From assembly GCA_963713605.1 (NCBI GenBank), contig CAVQMO010000001.1, positions 96,001-160,000 on the forward strand: a DNA stretch of 64,000 nt, read 5' to 3'. Position numbers and translations under genes: made by a program. This document shows positions 1-11,172 of the stretch, piece after piece. Origin of the DNA: an uncultured Nitrososphaerales archaeon (lineage in GTDB: Archaea > Thermoproteota > Nitrososphaeria > Nitrososphaerales > Nitrososphaeraceae). Position 1 is the first letter of the stretch, and the number at the start of each line of letters is the position of its first letter. Under the pieces are notes generated by a model, which saw only the letters and a program-made list of their open reading frames with translations, searched no databases and was not told the DNA's origin.

Positions 1-1339
1 CGGAATTATTCCCAAGAAAGCGTTATACGAGCAAATCTGAAATCCTTCATATTCGTGTACAAGATCAATGTATTGATTACTAGAATAAAACGGCTTTAAG
101 TCTTGTTCTGGATAGAACAACACGCGTGACTTAGACGACTTGAACCTGGCAACCATCTCCCTGTATTGCTTTGCTTCTGGCCTGTAACAATCTATTGATT
201 CAAAGAAAAAAGCCGCCTTACTTTTGAATCTCTTGGTCCCAGATTCTATACTTGGATGATCTTTTATGTAAGCCAAGGCCTCCATGAGCTTTGGGTGGGA
301 GCGTGCTTTCTGTACTACATATTCCCACAGTCTGCCATCCACTATCGCTTGTTTCAATATATTGATCTCCAATTTCAAAATATACAGATTATGTTTTGCC
401 AGTTCAATTGTCCTAGTACCATGATCCATACTACGAAATTCCTTTGCAGAATGAAAAACTACATACAGGACAGCTACAAGGAAGATAGGTCAATTCATTG
501 AGTTTAGCAGTTCCATAGGGGGTAATGTATCTATTGTCACGTGCATATAATATATAGGAAGCAGAATCAAAGCTGTCGCATCCCAGCGCCACAGCAAGGG
601 AAATGGCAAGTGGGTGACCTGCCCCAAAAAGGTGTAAGGGTTTGTTGGGTATTGACTCCTTAGCTGTTAGGATCATCTTCGCCAATAACCGGAAATCATA
701 TGCCTCCATGACTTCGACAGGACTCCCAAGCGCAAAAAAATCGAATCCGAGTTTAGCAAGTTCCTTAGTGGAATACTTGATTAAATCGAGATGTTCTGCC
801 CCTTGAATAGTACCAACCCAAATTGGCCTCTTTATGTCACTCATTCCATCTGCAGCTAATTGATTTCGATGATCAAGTTGATTTTTAACTATATTTATAG
901 TGGATTTGGCATTTAGGAGTGTCTCCTCTACAAAATCTGTGGCACGCCCATAATCTAATCTATAGCCAGTTGGTCTGTCTAGCATCACGGGCAGATCACT
1001 TTTAATGTCAAATTGGAATTTTGCCATGGTTTCTGGCCCTATTTCAATATCGCCGTACTCCAACACCTGATACCCTCCCGAATCAGTCATTACTATTCCG
1101 TCAAAATCGATTAGATTATGTATACCACTTTGTATTGCTTGCTCTTTATGACGCTTAAGCGTAATATACGCATTGGTGATTACAGCATTGAATCCTAAAT
1201 CTCTTAAAAACTGAGGTCGTATTACTTGATCGATGGGATGAACAACAGGAAGAAAAGCCGGAGTCTCCAGGACTCCGTGCATTGTCTTCAATTGCCCTAT
1301 TCTACCTGCTAGGTCAGTATATCTGACCTCGAAGGACAA
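1..1339 (-). CDS. tgtA: Archaeosine tRNA-guanine transglycosylase (ArcTGT catalytic part); frameshift near 440, runs off window start
   Basis: ORF 431..1339 has GRIG..ETPAFLPV, MTDSGGYQ, HLFGAGHP, DSFDSASY and CxCxxC zinc motif; coding-like sequence continues in another frame to position 1. Confidence 0.9.
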
Positions 1340-1341
1340 AT

Positions 1342-1755
1342 TTACTTCCTGTTCTCCCTCATGAACTCATCATAAATGACTCTAACTCTATCGGCTGCTA
1401 AACCAGATCCTTCTTCTACACCAGTTTCTGTTACTTTTATCTTATCCATAACTATAATCGCGCCCACATCCTCTCTAATCCTTACAAGACCGGGAAAAAC
1501 CTTGGAGAGTCTTTCGGAAAGGGCTTTAAAATCAAAGGGCTTCTCCATTAGTTTAATCTCCTTCACATATACTCCATTGATGATCATTTTCAGTATTCCA
1601 GTACCTTCAACGTCATTTAGGACCAAGTCAAGTCTCTCGTCGATGCCAGTTAAAGTTCCTTTATATACTCTCTGATCGGAAGTTTCTACAGAAACCTTTT
1701 TACCAAGAAACTGAATCGCTTCTTCCCCAAATTTGCGTATTAACACTGTGGACAT
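1342..1755 (-). CDS. Sm-like (Lsm) RNA-binding protein with C-terminal extension (SmAP3 type)
   Basis: Sm motif (VSVETSDQRVYKGTLTGIDERLDLVL..MIING) plus ~65 aa C-terminal domain; directly upstream of tgtA. Confidence 0.85.
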   Translation of the reverse strand: MSTVLIRKFGEEAIQFLGKKVSVETSDQRVYKGTLTGIDERLDLVLNDVEGTGILKMIINGVYVKEIKLMEKPFDFKALSERLSKVFPGLVRIREDVGAIIVMDKIKVTETGVEEGSGLAADRVRVIYDEFMRENRK

Positions 1756-1907
1756 AATCTTTACACCGGCTTTATAGACTTGGATATATATATTTGAATT
1801 ACAATGAGGGCGTGGCTAAGAAACATCATAAGAATACACAAGAACCAATTCCTCGGGTTACAATTGAATGACTCGGTGCCCACTGGATGACACGACGGTC
1901 TTAAAAA

Positions 1908-2526
1908 TTACGAATATTCTAGGAATCGTCCTACGTCACCTTTTTCGTATACCATAGATAGCCAATCTACAACCCCAATTTTTCTACTCGTCTTAATACT
2001 TATTAAGGAAATTATCTTCTCACAAACCTCTGCAGGTGTAGATTGAGTCGTATCTAACTCAGCGAGTTTTTCTATTCCAAAGCACTGTAACTGAGTCGTA
2101 CAGCGTTATTCCTAAAATTTCGCTGGCGACATTTTCTCTGATCTTTTCGGCAGAATATTTCCTGTTTTCTAAGGTGCTAAGAATGGCATATGGAGACTTG
2201 CGCAATACTACCGCTAAGTCAATCCATTCCTTTTTCAGGACATAAGGAGCTATATGCCCCACAATTATTGTTCTTTGTGATTCTCCAAGCTTCGACTCTA
2301 TAATATTTGCTATCTTATTTGAATCAATTTCTATGTTAGGTATTTGCAGAAAGGCATGATATTTAATAGCCAAATCATTAATATCAATAACCGTAAAGTC
2401 CAAAATTTTTCTTAGCTCCAACGCCGTGGTGTGTTTACCAACGCCGGGATTCCCAGTTATGACCAATCTAAATGAATCCGAAATATTGCCATCCAAAACG
2501 ACTTGATTATTAGACTTTGAATTCAT
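1908..2526 (-). CDS. Adenylate kinase, AK6/Fap7 family (frameshift near 2080)
   Basis: ITGNPGVGKHT P-loop, IIVGH, RKYSAEKIRENV; C-terminus ...IGVVDWLSMVYEKGDVGRFLEYS* read in another frame, stop at 1908-1910. Confidence 0.85.
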
Positions 2527-2776
2527 TTATGAAACTATCTATTGAGATTTTACATTTGCGAAATCTTCGAGATTAAGGAAATAAGATGGTGGCAAATAGT
2601 CAATATCTGTCAATCGAAATCGTGAAGGTGAAGTTATCGGATCTTTGAAATATCATATGCAAATCTGGAGATGCACAAGAGCAATATTATCTAATGTAGA
2701 TAAATTCTCTTCACACTTGCTTTGAGCGCTTTTCATATACCATTAAATCCCCCAATGACAGGATTGAAACCGAAAA

Positions 2777-3611
2777 TTAATCAAAGTGTACTTCCCATAG
2801 CTTATCACTTGCTCGCACAGAAGGTAGCCTGATATTATATTGAAACCCGCACTGATCAAGTATGTGCTCAAACTCAAATTTTTCAGTCTCTGAAATGGGA
2901 CCTTCTTTTTTTAACCAATTCATCAAGTGAGAATAGATTTTGTCTTTCAGGTTTTCGTCGCGCACATAGACGTACCAGAGGTTATGTGCAGATCGAAGGT
3001 CTGTCAGCAAATTTCTAAGGATACTGTCATTAATCAACTGTTGTGTATAGTATCTGTTCATTAACTCATGATTTACATCAATCCACGAAGGAGTCCGCCA
3101 CCAAGCAACACGGCTGTATCCAAATTCTTCATATTCACAACCACTATGGATTCCGCACTGTCCACCTTGGTCAAAAGTGGTTATGACACATTTGGCCATA
3201 TTCAGCTACACGAAGCCTGAAGTCTACCCCCGGCTCCATCCATCCAACGAATGCAACATCTATTGGTTGGCTCACACATTCTATCGGGAGTGACACAATG
3301 TGTTCAGGTTTGGGTCTGTTTAAGCGATAGTAAATTGTTGCGTCTTTTTCTATACCGATTGCGCTGGGGATATACCGAATGACTTTGTTAAGAAAGTCTC
3401 CATATCCACAGCCTATGTCCAAGTACTGCGGGTTGGAGGATATTGCTCTTGCAATAGTAACGATCCTCAAAACATCAATTTTGCGGTAGGCAAAGTATGT
3501 ACCTTCAAAAAAAGGAAAAATATATCGAGCGTGACCTTGATAGCGTGAACTTGTAGTAAAATTTAGATACTCTTGATATGCATTAAGCAAGTCCTGGCGA
3601 TCGAATGGCAT
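2777..3611 (-). CDS. Class I SAM-dependent methyltransferase, split by a frameshift
   Basis: YLDIGCGYG motif in 3171..3611; overlapping ORF 2777..3199 continues it. Confidence 0.7.
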
Positions 3612-3731
3612 ATGCTCCTTAGTCTACCTTTTTTGTTATATCTGTAATTAACTAATATACCAAACTCGACATAGTAAAATAATATCTTGTACCCCCAAAA
3701 GGCTTATTAACTTCCAATAGAATGTGGACAT

Positions 3732-3950
3732 ATGGTTAGAAAATTCGAAGAATGGTGGGCTACTGTTCCTGACGATTTGAAAAGGAAGAGTCGACAAGGT
3801 GATGAGCAAAACAAGCCATTGCTGAATCAGGTTAACTATGTACTATTGCATCTTCATTTAGCTGGGAAACATGATGCCAAGCCAAGTCACGATGAGCTGA
3901 AGGATTGGCTGCACAGCGGACAAGTAGATGTTCTTAGAATGAATAAATAA
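3732..3950 (+). CDS. Small hypothetical protein
   Basis: Clean 72 aa ORF with upstream TTATTAA and a T-rich tract after the stop. Confidence 0.7.
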   Translation: MVRKFEEWWATVPDDLKRKSRQGDEQNKPLLNQVNYVLLHLHLAGKHDAKPSHDELKDWLHSGQVDVLRMNK

Positions 3951-4075
3951 GTTTTTAGTAACTTTTTGCACCCGCTTTTTTTATTTCTTCAGCTTTTGCG
4001 TTGATATAACGCTGTTTTACGATTGACATAGTGTTTAAATACTCTTGAGGAGATGCACCATTAGTGAATTAGAAG

Positions 4076-4369
4076 ATGCCAATGGCCATAATCCCAGATA
4101 TAGACGAACAGAGATGTATTGGTTGTGCTCTCTGCGTAGAGATTTGTACAGCTTTAGGTCCAGATGTGCTCAGAGTAAAGCCAGTAGAAGGATGGAAAAG
4201 AGGAAAAGCATTCATCTTTTATCCTGAAAGATGCATATCAGATGGCGCATGCTTAGGGGTATGTCCTACCCATGCGATATTCTGGATGAGACCTATGGAA
4301 TACACTTCAGGACAACCGATTCCTCTACACAAGAATGGTGTGTTTGAGAAAGGTTGGGAAGAAGGTTAG
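4076..4369 (+). CDS. 4Fe-4S dicluster ferredoxin
   Basis: CIGCALCVEIC and CISDGACLGVCP motifs; T-rich terminator-like tract ~4405-4423. Confidence 0.92.
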   Translation: MPMAIIPDIDEQRCIGCALCVEICTALGPDVLRVKPVEGWKRGKAFIFYPERCISDGACLGVCPTHAIFWMRPMEYTSGQPIPLHKNGVFEKGWEEG

Positions 4370-4769
4370 TAGGACCGAACAATCAAATTATCCTAACTAC
4401 CGCATTTTTTTTATATTTTTTTATGATCTTTTATTGTAATTGAATCAGATTAATCTGTAATAGCTGCAGTTAACACAGGCTATCTAATAACGGTTATCAG
4501 TTCAACCATTCACCCAATCAATTTTAATGAAGCTAAATTTCTGTGAACGACTCAGGCTTGTCATTTGTAGATAAAGTTCTAGTAGTTCCGTTATGTCAAC
4601 GTGATCCCTTGTTGCTTCTTACTCTTCCAAATCTGCAAATTGAAATGCACTAGGCAAAAACAACTTCCCTCTGCGAAGATTCTTATCTGCTCAGGCTAAG
4701 TTACGAGAGTCCTAGATTCGATGCATTCAAGACGATGGTATTTATAATCATGGAATATAGAAACTTAGA

Positions 4770-5528
4770 TTGGACATTTCAGAGTTTGTATCTTCATTAC
4801 CGGAAAATGTACTAACGGGTGATGATATATCTTTACCTGAAAGTGTAATAAGAAAAATCTTTAGATTTGGAGAGGTTAACAGTGATGATATCTTTTACCA
4901 TCTTGGCTGTGGGGTTGGGAATACGGTACAAATTGCTGCCAAGGAGTTTGGGGTGAAACGTTCTATCGGTGTCGAGATAAGAGATGAAATAGCCTCTGTG
5001 GCAGAAAAAAGGATAAGAAGGCTGAAGAATGCACAAATAATTGTTGAAGATATCAGAAACGTTAGTCTTTCTGACGCGACAGTAGTTTTGTTTTGGTTTA
5101 ATGATGAACAAATAGCAGATAAAATGACGGCGAAATTCAAGAAAGAGACAAAGGAAAACATCAGGATACTAACAATTCTATCCCCGCTTGGATTGATCAA
5201 ACCATCAAAAGTAAATTTTCCGTTCTTCATGACTATGAAACCTTTTGAATTTTATCGTGACTTGCAGGAGCAGATTGAAATCATTCACGGTACCAAATGC
5301 CTAGATTTTACAGGATCATGGAATATAGCAAGTAGATATATTACGGAAATGGAAGTAGTCCCAGGAGAGCACCAGCGATTCGTGACCATGGTTCAATGCA
5401 TGGTTATCTGGATAAACGCTTGGAACATAGGTATTGCATGCGAAAGCGAAATACCTCCCCCAGTGAAAGCTTATATTGGAATTTTGAAGGAGTTCTTCAA
5501 TTTGGACTTGTCAAGTATGATACAATAG
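4770..5528 (+). CDS. SAM-dependent methyltransferase-like protein
   Basis: DIFYHLGCGVG, SIGVEI, ATVVLFW motifs. Confidence 0.8.
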   Translation: MDISEFVSSLPENVLTGDDISLPESVIRKIFRFGEVNSDDIFYHLGCGVGNTVQIAAKEFGVKRSIGVEIRDEIASVAEKRIRRLKNAQIIVEDIRNVSLSDATVVLFWFNDEQIADKMTAKFKKETKENIRILTILSPLGLIKPSKVNFPFFMTMKPFEFYRDLQEQIEIIHGTKCLDFTGSWNIASRYITEMEVVPGEHQRFVTMVQCMVIWINAWNIGIACESEIPPPVKAYIGILKEFFNLDLSSMIQ

Positions 5529-5615
5529 TCACTACGGAAACAACAGGGTTAGTCGTCCGATTTCTCAAAATGGTCAAAAGGCCTCAATCAATTGTCCGAA
5601 GGCTAAACATTTTCC

Positions 5616-5786
5616 CTAGGTGAAGGCTGGAAGTGATTCGCCCAACCCAGGACGCTCTTTCTCTAAACGAGCTATGTTGCGTGACATGTATTCCATAGTA
5701 CCAGGGATATGACACTTGCACACACATTCTTCACAATCAATATGATTTCCGTTTTTACAATTATTAGATAATTCCTTTCTATTCAT
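5616..5786 (-). CDS. Small Cys/His-rich hypothetical protein (56 aa from MNRKE)
   Basis: C-x4-H-x2-C-x2-C-x-C-x-C-H cluster; ATG at 5786 inside ORF 5616..5873. Confidence 0.55.
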   Translation of the reverse strand: MNRKELSNNCKNGNHIDCEECVCKCHIPGTMEYMSRNIARLEKERPGLGESLPAFT

Positions 5787-5933
5787 CGTACATTTGACTA
5801 TGTAGACTAATTTTAATTTTATCAACCATAGAAGCTTTTCGTTCGTAACAATTTTCATACCAGAACGAAACAAACCAGAGCATTTACGCTTCGAATATTA
5901 GATGCGCGTGTATAGACGGGTGATAAGCAAGGC

Positions 5934-6580
5934 TTAGAGTTCATAGAATAAGATTATTTCCCCATTTGTATGCTTTTTTACATCTCTAAGCTTTAGCGGT
6001 ATGCCTTTAGAAATCCGATCGCAACCTTCACCCTCTACTAATGTGACTGCAGATCTCCCCCCAACAATCCGAGGAGACATCGTAATTATTAATTCGTCAA
6101 CAATACCAAGTTTTAGAACGGACCAATTTAGCTCTCCTCCTCCCTCCACTAAAATCCTCTTATAACCCATCTCTTCCAACATTCTGAAAACCTTCCTAAG
6201 CTCAACCTTATTTCGTCCTGCAACTAGAACTTTTGCGCCAGTACCCTCTATCCGACTGATATTGTCAAAAGAAATCTTATGAGAGGCAGCCACTATGGTA
6301 TTTAATTCATTAGCTTTTTCAGGAGCCTAGAACTTGAAGGAATCCTCCCGGTGCTATCAACGACCACTCTTGTTGGAGACCTTGAAACGGCCGTGCCAAA
6401 TCTGACTGTCAGCTGGGGATCATCTGCAAGCACTGTAGAAATACCGACCATTATCGCGTCCGCAGAATTCCTTAATTGATGAACTCTTCTCAAATCAACG
6501 TTTGATGATATAGCTGAATTTCCGCTTTTAGTGGCTATTTTTCCATCAGCTGTCATTGCTGCATTAATAACAATCTTCAA
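5934..6580 (-). CDS. arfC: 2,5-diamino-6-(ribosylamino)-4(3H)-pyrimidinone 5'-phosphate reductase (RibD C-terminal/Rib7 type), frameshift near 6300
   Basis: INAAMTADGKIA, DAIMVGISTVLADDPQLTVR, ILVEGGGELN across two consecutive ORFs; last gene of rib operon. Confidence 0.9.
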
Positions 6581-6597
6581 TTATCTGACTGCCTCTT

Positions 6598-7869
6598 TCA
6601 CAAATTCACTGTTACAAATTCTCCGTTTATCATCAAACCCATGATTGAACTTTGGCCAGCCCTTTGCACTATAGATGCATAAGGATCGTGGATTGGAAAT
6701 AGGTCGACATGGTTCTTGTCAATAAACATTATGTCAGCGGATCGCCCAGGTTCGATGCAACCAGAATTCAAGTGAAGAATTTCGGCTCCATTAACTGTAG
6801 CCATCTTCAATATATCTCGCGCACTTATCTGATGTACACCCGTAGCCCTGGAAACCTTCCAAATGTAGTCCATTTCCTTGAATAAATCTGGGGAATTAAG
6901 CATAACGTTATCAGTTCCTAATCCGACTACGCAACCGTTGTTTATCATATCCGCAATTCTAGGGACACCACAACCTAGTAATCCATTAGATCTTGGACAA
7001 ACCACTATACCCATTTTATTTGTCGCTATAGCTGCAATGTCCTTATCATTCGCTTGCGTCATATGAATAACGAAGTCAGGCTGGAGGAACCTGATTGCTC
7101 TTTCAACTTCTGTCAACCCAGACTTCCTAATGGACAGTGCGGTCGTTTTTTGAGACTCGGCAGTATGGATCGCGAGTAATCTCTTGGTTCCCAGCCTATT
7201 TGTGCTATCGTAGTTTCTAACCGCCTTCGAATATTCGGTTAGCGACCGATCGGTATTTTCATTTGTCCCGCTTATTCCGAGTCCATCCGAAACATCAAGC
7301 ACATCAAACACCTCCTGTGTTAAAACTGAAGAATCTACCGATGATCCTTTATTTTCGGTACCTGAGTTAGAATGGAGATAGGGAGACTCAAAGTATTTCT
7401 CTATTCTACCCAAGACTAAAGGTTTAATTTTTAAGCCGGAGACAGCTCTCCTTAATAGCCTTACGCCATCCAGACCTCCCTCACGGAAATCTGCAAACGC
7501 TACAATTCCACCTTTTAACATCGAGATCGCGGTATTTCTCATGAATGCCTCGAGGTGGGTGGGATCAGTTCTGGAAAGGATCTTGCGTTTTATACCGACA
7601 ATTGGATCAACAGTGGACGACAAATCGGGATCTGAGGTAAAGTCCTTTGCAATGGAATCCCCGATGTGTGTGTGCGCATTTATGAGTCCCGGAACTAGCA
7701 AAAGACCTTCCGCATCAAAAATTGATGATTCCCTATCCATGGGGCTAAGTTCCCGATCAGTTCCAACCCTAGTAATGATACCATTGTCAGAGATCTGTAC
7801 GACTCCTCTTTCAACAAATATTAGATCTGGCCCTCTCAGAAGACTTGCATTCTTTATGAGAACAGGCAT
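6598..7869 (-). CDS. Metal-dependent amidohydrolase
   Basis: PGLINAHTHIGD, IHTAES, LGTDN motifs; inside rib operon. Confidence 0.9.
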   Translation of the reverse strand: MPVLIKNASLLRGPDLIFVERGVVQISDNGIITRVGTDRELSPMDRESSIFDAEGLLLVPGLINAHTHIGDSIAKDFTSDPDLSSTVDPIVGIKRKILSRTDPTHLEAFMRNTAISMLKGGIVAFADFREGGLDGVRLLRRAVSGLKIKPLVLGRIEKYFESPYLHSNSGTENKGSSVDSSVLTQEVFDVLDVSDGLGISGTNENTDRSLTEYSKAVRNYDSTNRLGTKRLLAIHTAESQKTTALSIRKSGLTEVERAIRFLQPDFVIHMTQANDKDIAAIATNKMGIVVCPRSNGLLGCGVPRIADMINNGCVVGLGTDNVMLNSPDLFKEMDYIWKVSRATGVHQISARDILKMATVNGAEILHLNSGCIEPGRSADIMFIDKNHVDLFPIHDPYASIVQRAGQSSIMGLMINGEFVTVNL

Positions 7870-8618
7870 TATATTTCATAAATTGAAACGTGTGTTCCAT
7901 TATCTCTTAATTCTCTAACTTTGTCAAGGGCCTTCGTTGCAATCATAGCAGCTTCTCTCCCTGTTTTTCCTTTTCCTATTCCACAATTAAGAGGAATACG
8001 TGTATCTTCTGTAATTTCAAGCAGTATGTTTTCTACTTCCTCTTTGAGTATATTGCTTGCTATCACCATGAAATTATCCCCTCCAAGATAAAAAGTAAGG
8101 CAATCCTTTTCCATAAATTTATCTACTAATCGCGAATATATGTCAAATATCATCGATGTTACTTGATAAGGGGACATTTCCAAATTCAGTTTACTGAGTC
8201 CACTAACATCGATATGCATTATCCGGATATCGGTCATATGATTTCCTACTCCATGTAAGTCATGTCCATAGATTCCTCGAGACGCGATTTGAACCCCCTT
8301 TTTTCGAGCTTCAAAAGCGCTTCTGTCTGCCTGAGTAGGAGTGTCACCGTATCCTAAGGCCATGGAAAAACCCAGCTGCGGATACAATTTGGTAAGCTTT
8401 CTTTGTATATCCACTAATTCTGAAATTAGCAATCCATTGGTGATAGCAAAGAATTCATCAAATCTATTGGGGTAGACAATGCAATGCTTTTCAGAAAATA
8501 GTCGCTGGATATCAAAATAAATCCTTGCTTGAAGCATTTGGAGTGCTGATTCTCGATCGCTGCCGAGAGTTAGAGTCCATGGACCATATCTATCAATCTT
8601 TATTATTGTCAAGTGCAT
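7869..8618 (-). CDS. gch3: GTP cyclohydrolase III
   Basis: YGPWTLTLGSDRE..LQMLQ, RFDEF, FYLGGDNFM motifs. Confidence 0.93.
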   Translation of the reverse strand: MHLTIIKIDRYGPWTLTLGSDRESALQMLQARIYFDIQRLFSEKHCIVYPNRFDEFFAITNGLLISELVDIQRKLTKLYPQLGFSMALGYGDTPTQADRSAFEARKKGVQIASRGIYGHDLHGVGNHMTDIRIMHIDVSGLSKLNLEMSPYQVTSMIFDIYSRLVDKFMEKDCLTFYLGGDNFMVIASNILKEEVENILLEITEDTRIPLNCGIGKGKTGREAAMIATKALDKVRELRDNGTHVSIYEI

Positions 8619-8624
8619 ATCTAA

Positions 8625-9092
8625 CTACACTATTACTTTCAAGGAAGTACTAAAACCAGATCTTTGCGTTTTTAATTTTTTTAGGCGTCGCGCCATGTTA
8701 ACTGCTGCAATTACTGTCCTTGATGAAATAATCTCAACTCGATGTCTTGCTTGTTGCAGAGTCATATCTGGCCCACTGATGCCAAGTATGACAGGTTTAC
8801 GATACTTTAATGAAAGATCAATGAAGCTCTTGGCTACACTATTGGCAATTAGCTCGTCATGTTTTGTTTCTCCTTTGATAATTGCCCCCAATGTGATTAC
8901 TGCATCAACATCCCTTCGTTTTAATAACTCGTTAATGATCAGTGGCATGTCGTAACAACCAGGGACGTAACACACATAGCTCAATGTGACATCGTTTTGC
9001 TTGTAAATGTTTTCTTTTGCAAGATCAGACATTTTATAAGTGATTTGTTTATTAAATTCAGATACAACTAAGGCAATCCTGATCTTGTCCAA
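8625..9092 (-). CDS. ribH: 6,7-dimethyl-8-ribityllumazine synthase
   Basis: IALVVSEFN, VPGCYDMP, LGAIIKGETKHDE. Confidence 0.95.
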   Translation of the reverse strand: MDKIRIALVVSEFNKQITYKMSDLAKENIYKQNDVTLSYVCYVPGCYDMPLIINELLKRRDVDAVITLGAIIKGETKHDELIANSVAKSFIDLSLKYRKPVILGISGPDMTLQQARHRVEIISSRTVIAAVNMARRLKKLKTQRSGFSTSLKVIV

Positions 9093-9101
9093 AGAATTTC
9101 G

Positions 9102-9785
9102 TTATACCGCCTTAGCATAATTTGTTAGTTGACTACCTTCGAGTATAAGGATGTTATTTTCGCTAGCATACTTTTGAGCCCCGCCGATGGTCAATGCACG
9201 ATGTGTATTTATGTCAAGCATCTCGCAAACGACAACTGAGTGAGTAAGTCCTGAGACTTGAGCCAAATACATACACAGTTCAGTATGACCTATTCTGTCA
9301 TTAAGTAGTCCCTTCGATGCAATCAAGATTGGAACATGACCTGGAGCCCTGAAGGAATTGGAAAACCTTTCTGGCCCATCCGAGTCAATGTTTCTACACA
9401 CCTCTGCAATTTTATTAATTGTTAACGCCCTGTCGTAATCAGTAATACCTGTATAGGTATCACGATGGTTCACAGAAATAGAAAAAGCAGATCGATCACC
9501 ATACGGGGACCTGCTAAAGGTAAGCTTCGAAAGCTCAGGAGCAGTAGTAGACATATGTTTTAAGATGTCATGCATATACATCAAGCCCAGTTTTGACGCA
9601 GCTTCATGGGTGATCGCAGTACAAATTAAACCACCTGCATGCCTGCGCATAATGGCAACGTGCATAGGGGTTACGAACTCCGCTGCGATTACCATATCGA
9701 CCTCATTCTCTCTCCCTTTGTCGTCATGGATAAGTACAAATTTACCGGCTGAGAGTGCGGCTATTGCATCTTCAAGTGAATACAA
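9102..9785 (-). CDS. ribB: 3,4-dihydroxy-2-butanone 4-phosphate synthase (archaeal type)
   Basis: DDKGRENEVDM, TGITDYDRALT, FRAPGHV, RIGHTE, VVCEM. Confidence 0.95.
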   Translation of the reverse strand: MYSLEDAIAALSAGKFVLIHDDKGRENEVDMVIAAEFVTPMHVAIMRRHAGGLICTAITHEAASKLGLMYMHDILKHMSTTAPELSKLTFSRSPYGDRSAFSISVNHRDTYTGITDYDRALTINKIAEVCRNIDSDGPERFSNSFRAPGHVPILIASKGLLNDRIGHTELCMYLAQVSGLTHSVVVCEMLDINTHRALTIGGAQKYASENNILILEGSQLTNYAKAV

Positions 9786-9830
9786 TCAAATATTAGTCGA
9801 CATCAATTTGTTATATATCTTACTAATTTT

Positions 9831-10457
9831 TTAGTTATTACCAATATTCTGGTAATTAATCACGTAGCGACATATCACATCAATCTCTATATTTACTAAA
9901 TCTCCTTGTTGCTTTAAACCTAATGTAGTATTTTCCAGCGTAAAGGGAATAAGTGAAACAGAAAATCTATTCTTTTTATCATCTACATCATTTGAGGTTA
10001 GACTTATCCCATCAATTGCAATAGAGCCTTTCTGGGCAATATAAGGCATGAGAGAATGATCTTCACATGTGATCCACATTTTTGTCTCTGTGTCTTTTCT
10101 TTTAACCTCGTCAATAATTCCCATTCCATCTGTATGCCCTAAAACGATGTGGCCTCCTAGTCTGTCGCCTAACCGTAGGCTCCTTTCGATATTAACTAAG
10201 TCTCCCTTTTTTAATTGTCCCATTTGTGATCTCCTAGTTGTCTCACGCACTAATTCGAATTCGACCATTTGGTTTCGTTTGTTTATAACTGTCAAACAGG
10301 TTCCATTGAGATTCATACTATCACCCAACTTGAGCCCTTTCAATAATCTTGCCGGGATTTTCAATTTTAGCCTCATGTGAGCAGATCGTCCCAAATTTTT
10401 TTTCAAGCTGGAGAGAGATCTCACCTCGCCTAACCCTTCAATAATTCCTGTAAACAT
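9831..10457 (-). CDS. ribE: Riboflavin synthase (bacterial alpha-chain type)
   Basis: N-terminal MFTGIIE, NGTCLTV, GGHIVLGHTDG, KGSIAIDGISLT. Confidence 0.95.
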   Translation of the reverse strand: MFTGIIEGLGEVRSLSSLKKNLGRSAHMRLKLKIPARLLKGLKLGDSMNLNGTCLTVINKRNQMVEFELVRETTRRSQMGQLKKGDLVNIERSLRLGDRLGGHIVLGHTDGMGIIDEVKRKDTETKMWITCEDHSLMPYIAQKGSIAIDGISLTSNDVDDKKNRFSVSLIPFTLENTTLGLKQQGDLVNIEIDVICRYVINYQNIGNN

Positions 10458-10794
10458 ATGTAGTTACAACGAAATGAACAAATAAGTGCATATTAAATCT
10501 CGCTAAGTTTTGCAGAGTGAGAATATCCTCAGGCTGTGTTTGTTGTAAATTTTGCATATTGCTAAAACGGGTAAATAGTTAGATATGGCTACTACTATCA
10601 ATATCTATGGGAATCAGTCATATGGAGGTATTATTTTGCAAGATACTTTCTCGTATGTGCATTAATCCGTCCTACAACCTTGAAGGATGTATCGCACGTA
10701 GTATTGTCCATGCAAATGCCTTTCGATCAATACATGGATGCAGATGTAACTAGTTAGCCCAAGAAGTGTGGTTGGTATCACAATATGATCGGTC

Positions 10795-11172
10795 CTATGA
10801 TCCCATCATTCCTGGTAGTTTGATGGGTGTTCTATACATCTTCGTCAGGTTCAGGCCCTCACTGGTGGTGACAGTAACGAAGTCAAGCGGGACGTTTCCG
10901 GGCGGAGATAACAGCATTTTCTGTCCTGGTGAAATTGATTCCACTGACTCAGTACTCTGTCCACCATAATTTATTACTACGTTGGTTAGAGGAAGCTTTC
11001 CTGTATTTGATAGTGTGACTCTTGCAGTACTAAAGAGGTTTTGTTCGTCCTTAAGAGGATCTATTTCAAGATTGTAATCCGCAGAAAATATGTTAAAACC
11101 ATAGACTACTATCAACACCCCTGACAACGCAATTATAGCACTTATAATAACAACGACAATACTACGACGCAT
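10795..11172 (-). CDS. Membrane-anchored hypothetical protein
   Basis: N-terminal hydrophobic helix then beta-rich domain (VTLSNTGKLPLTNV). Confidence 0.7.
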   Translation of the reverse strand: MRRSIVVVIISAIIALSGVLIVVYGFNIFSADYNLEIDPLKDEQNLFSTARVTLSNTGKLPLTNVVINYGGQSTESVESISPGQKMLLSPPGNVPLDFVTVTTSEGLNLTKMYRTPIKLPGMMGS

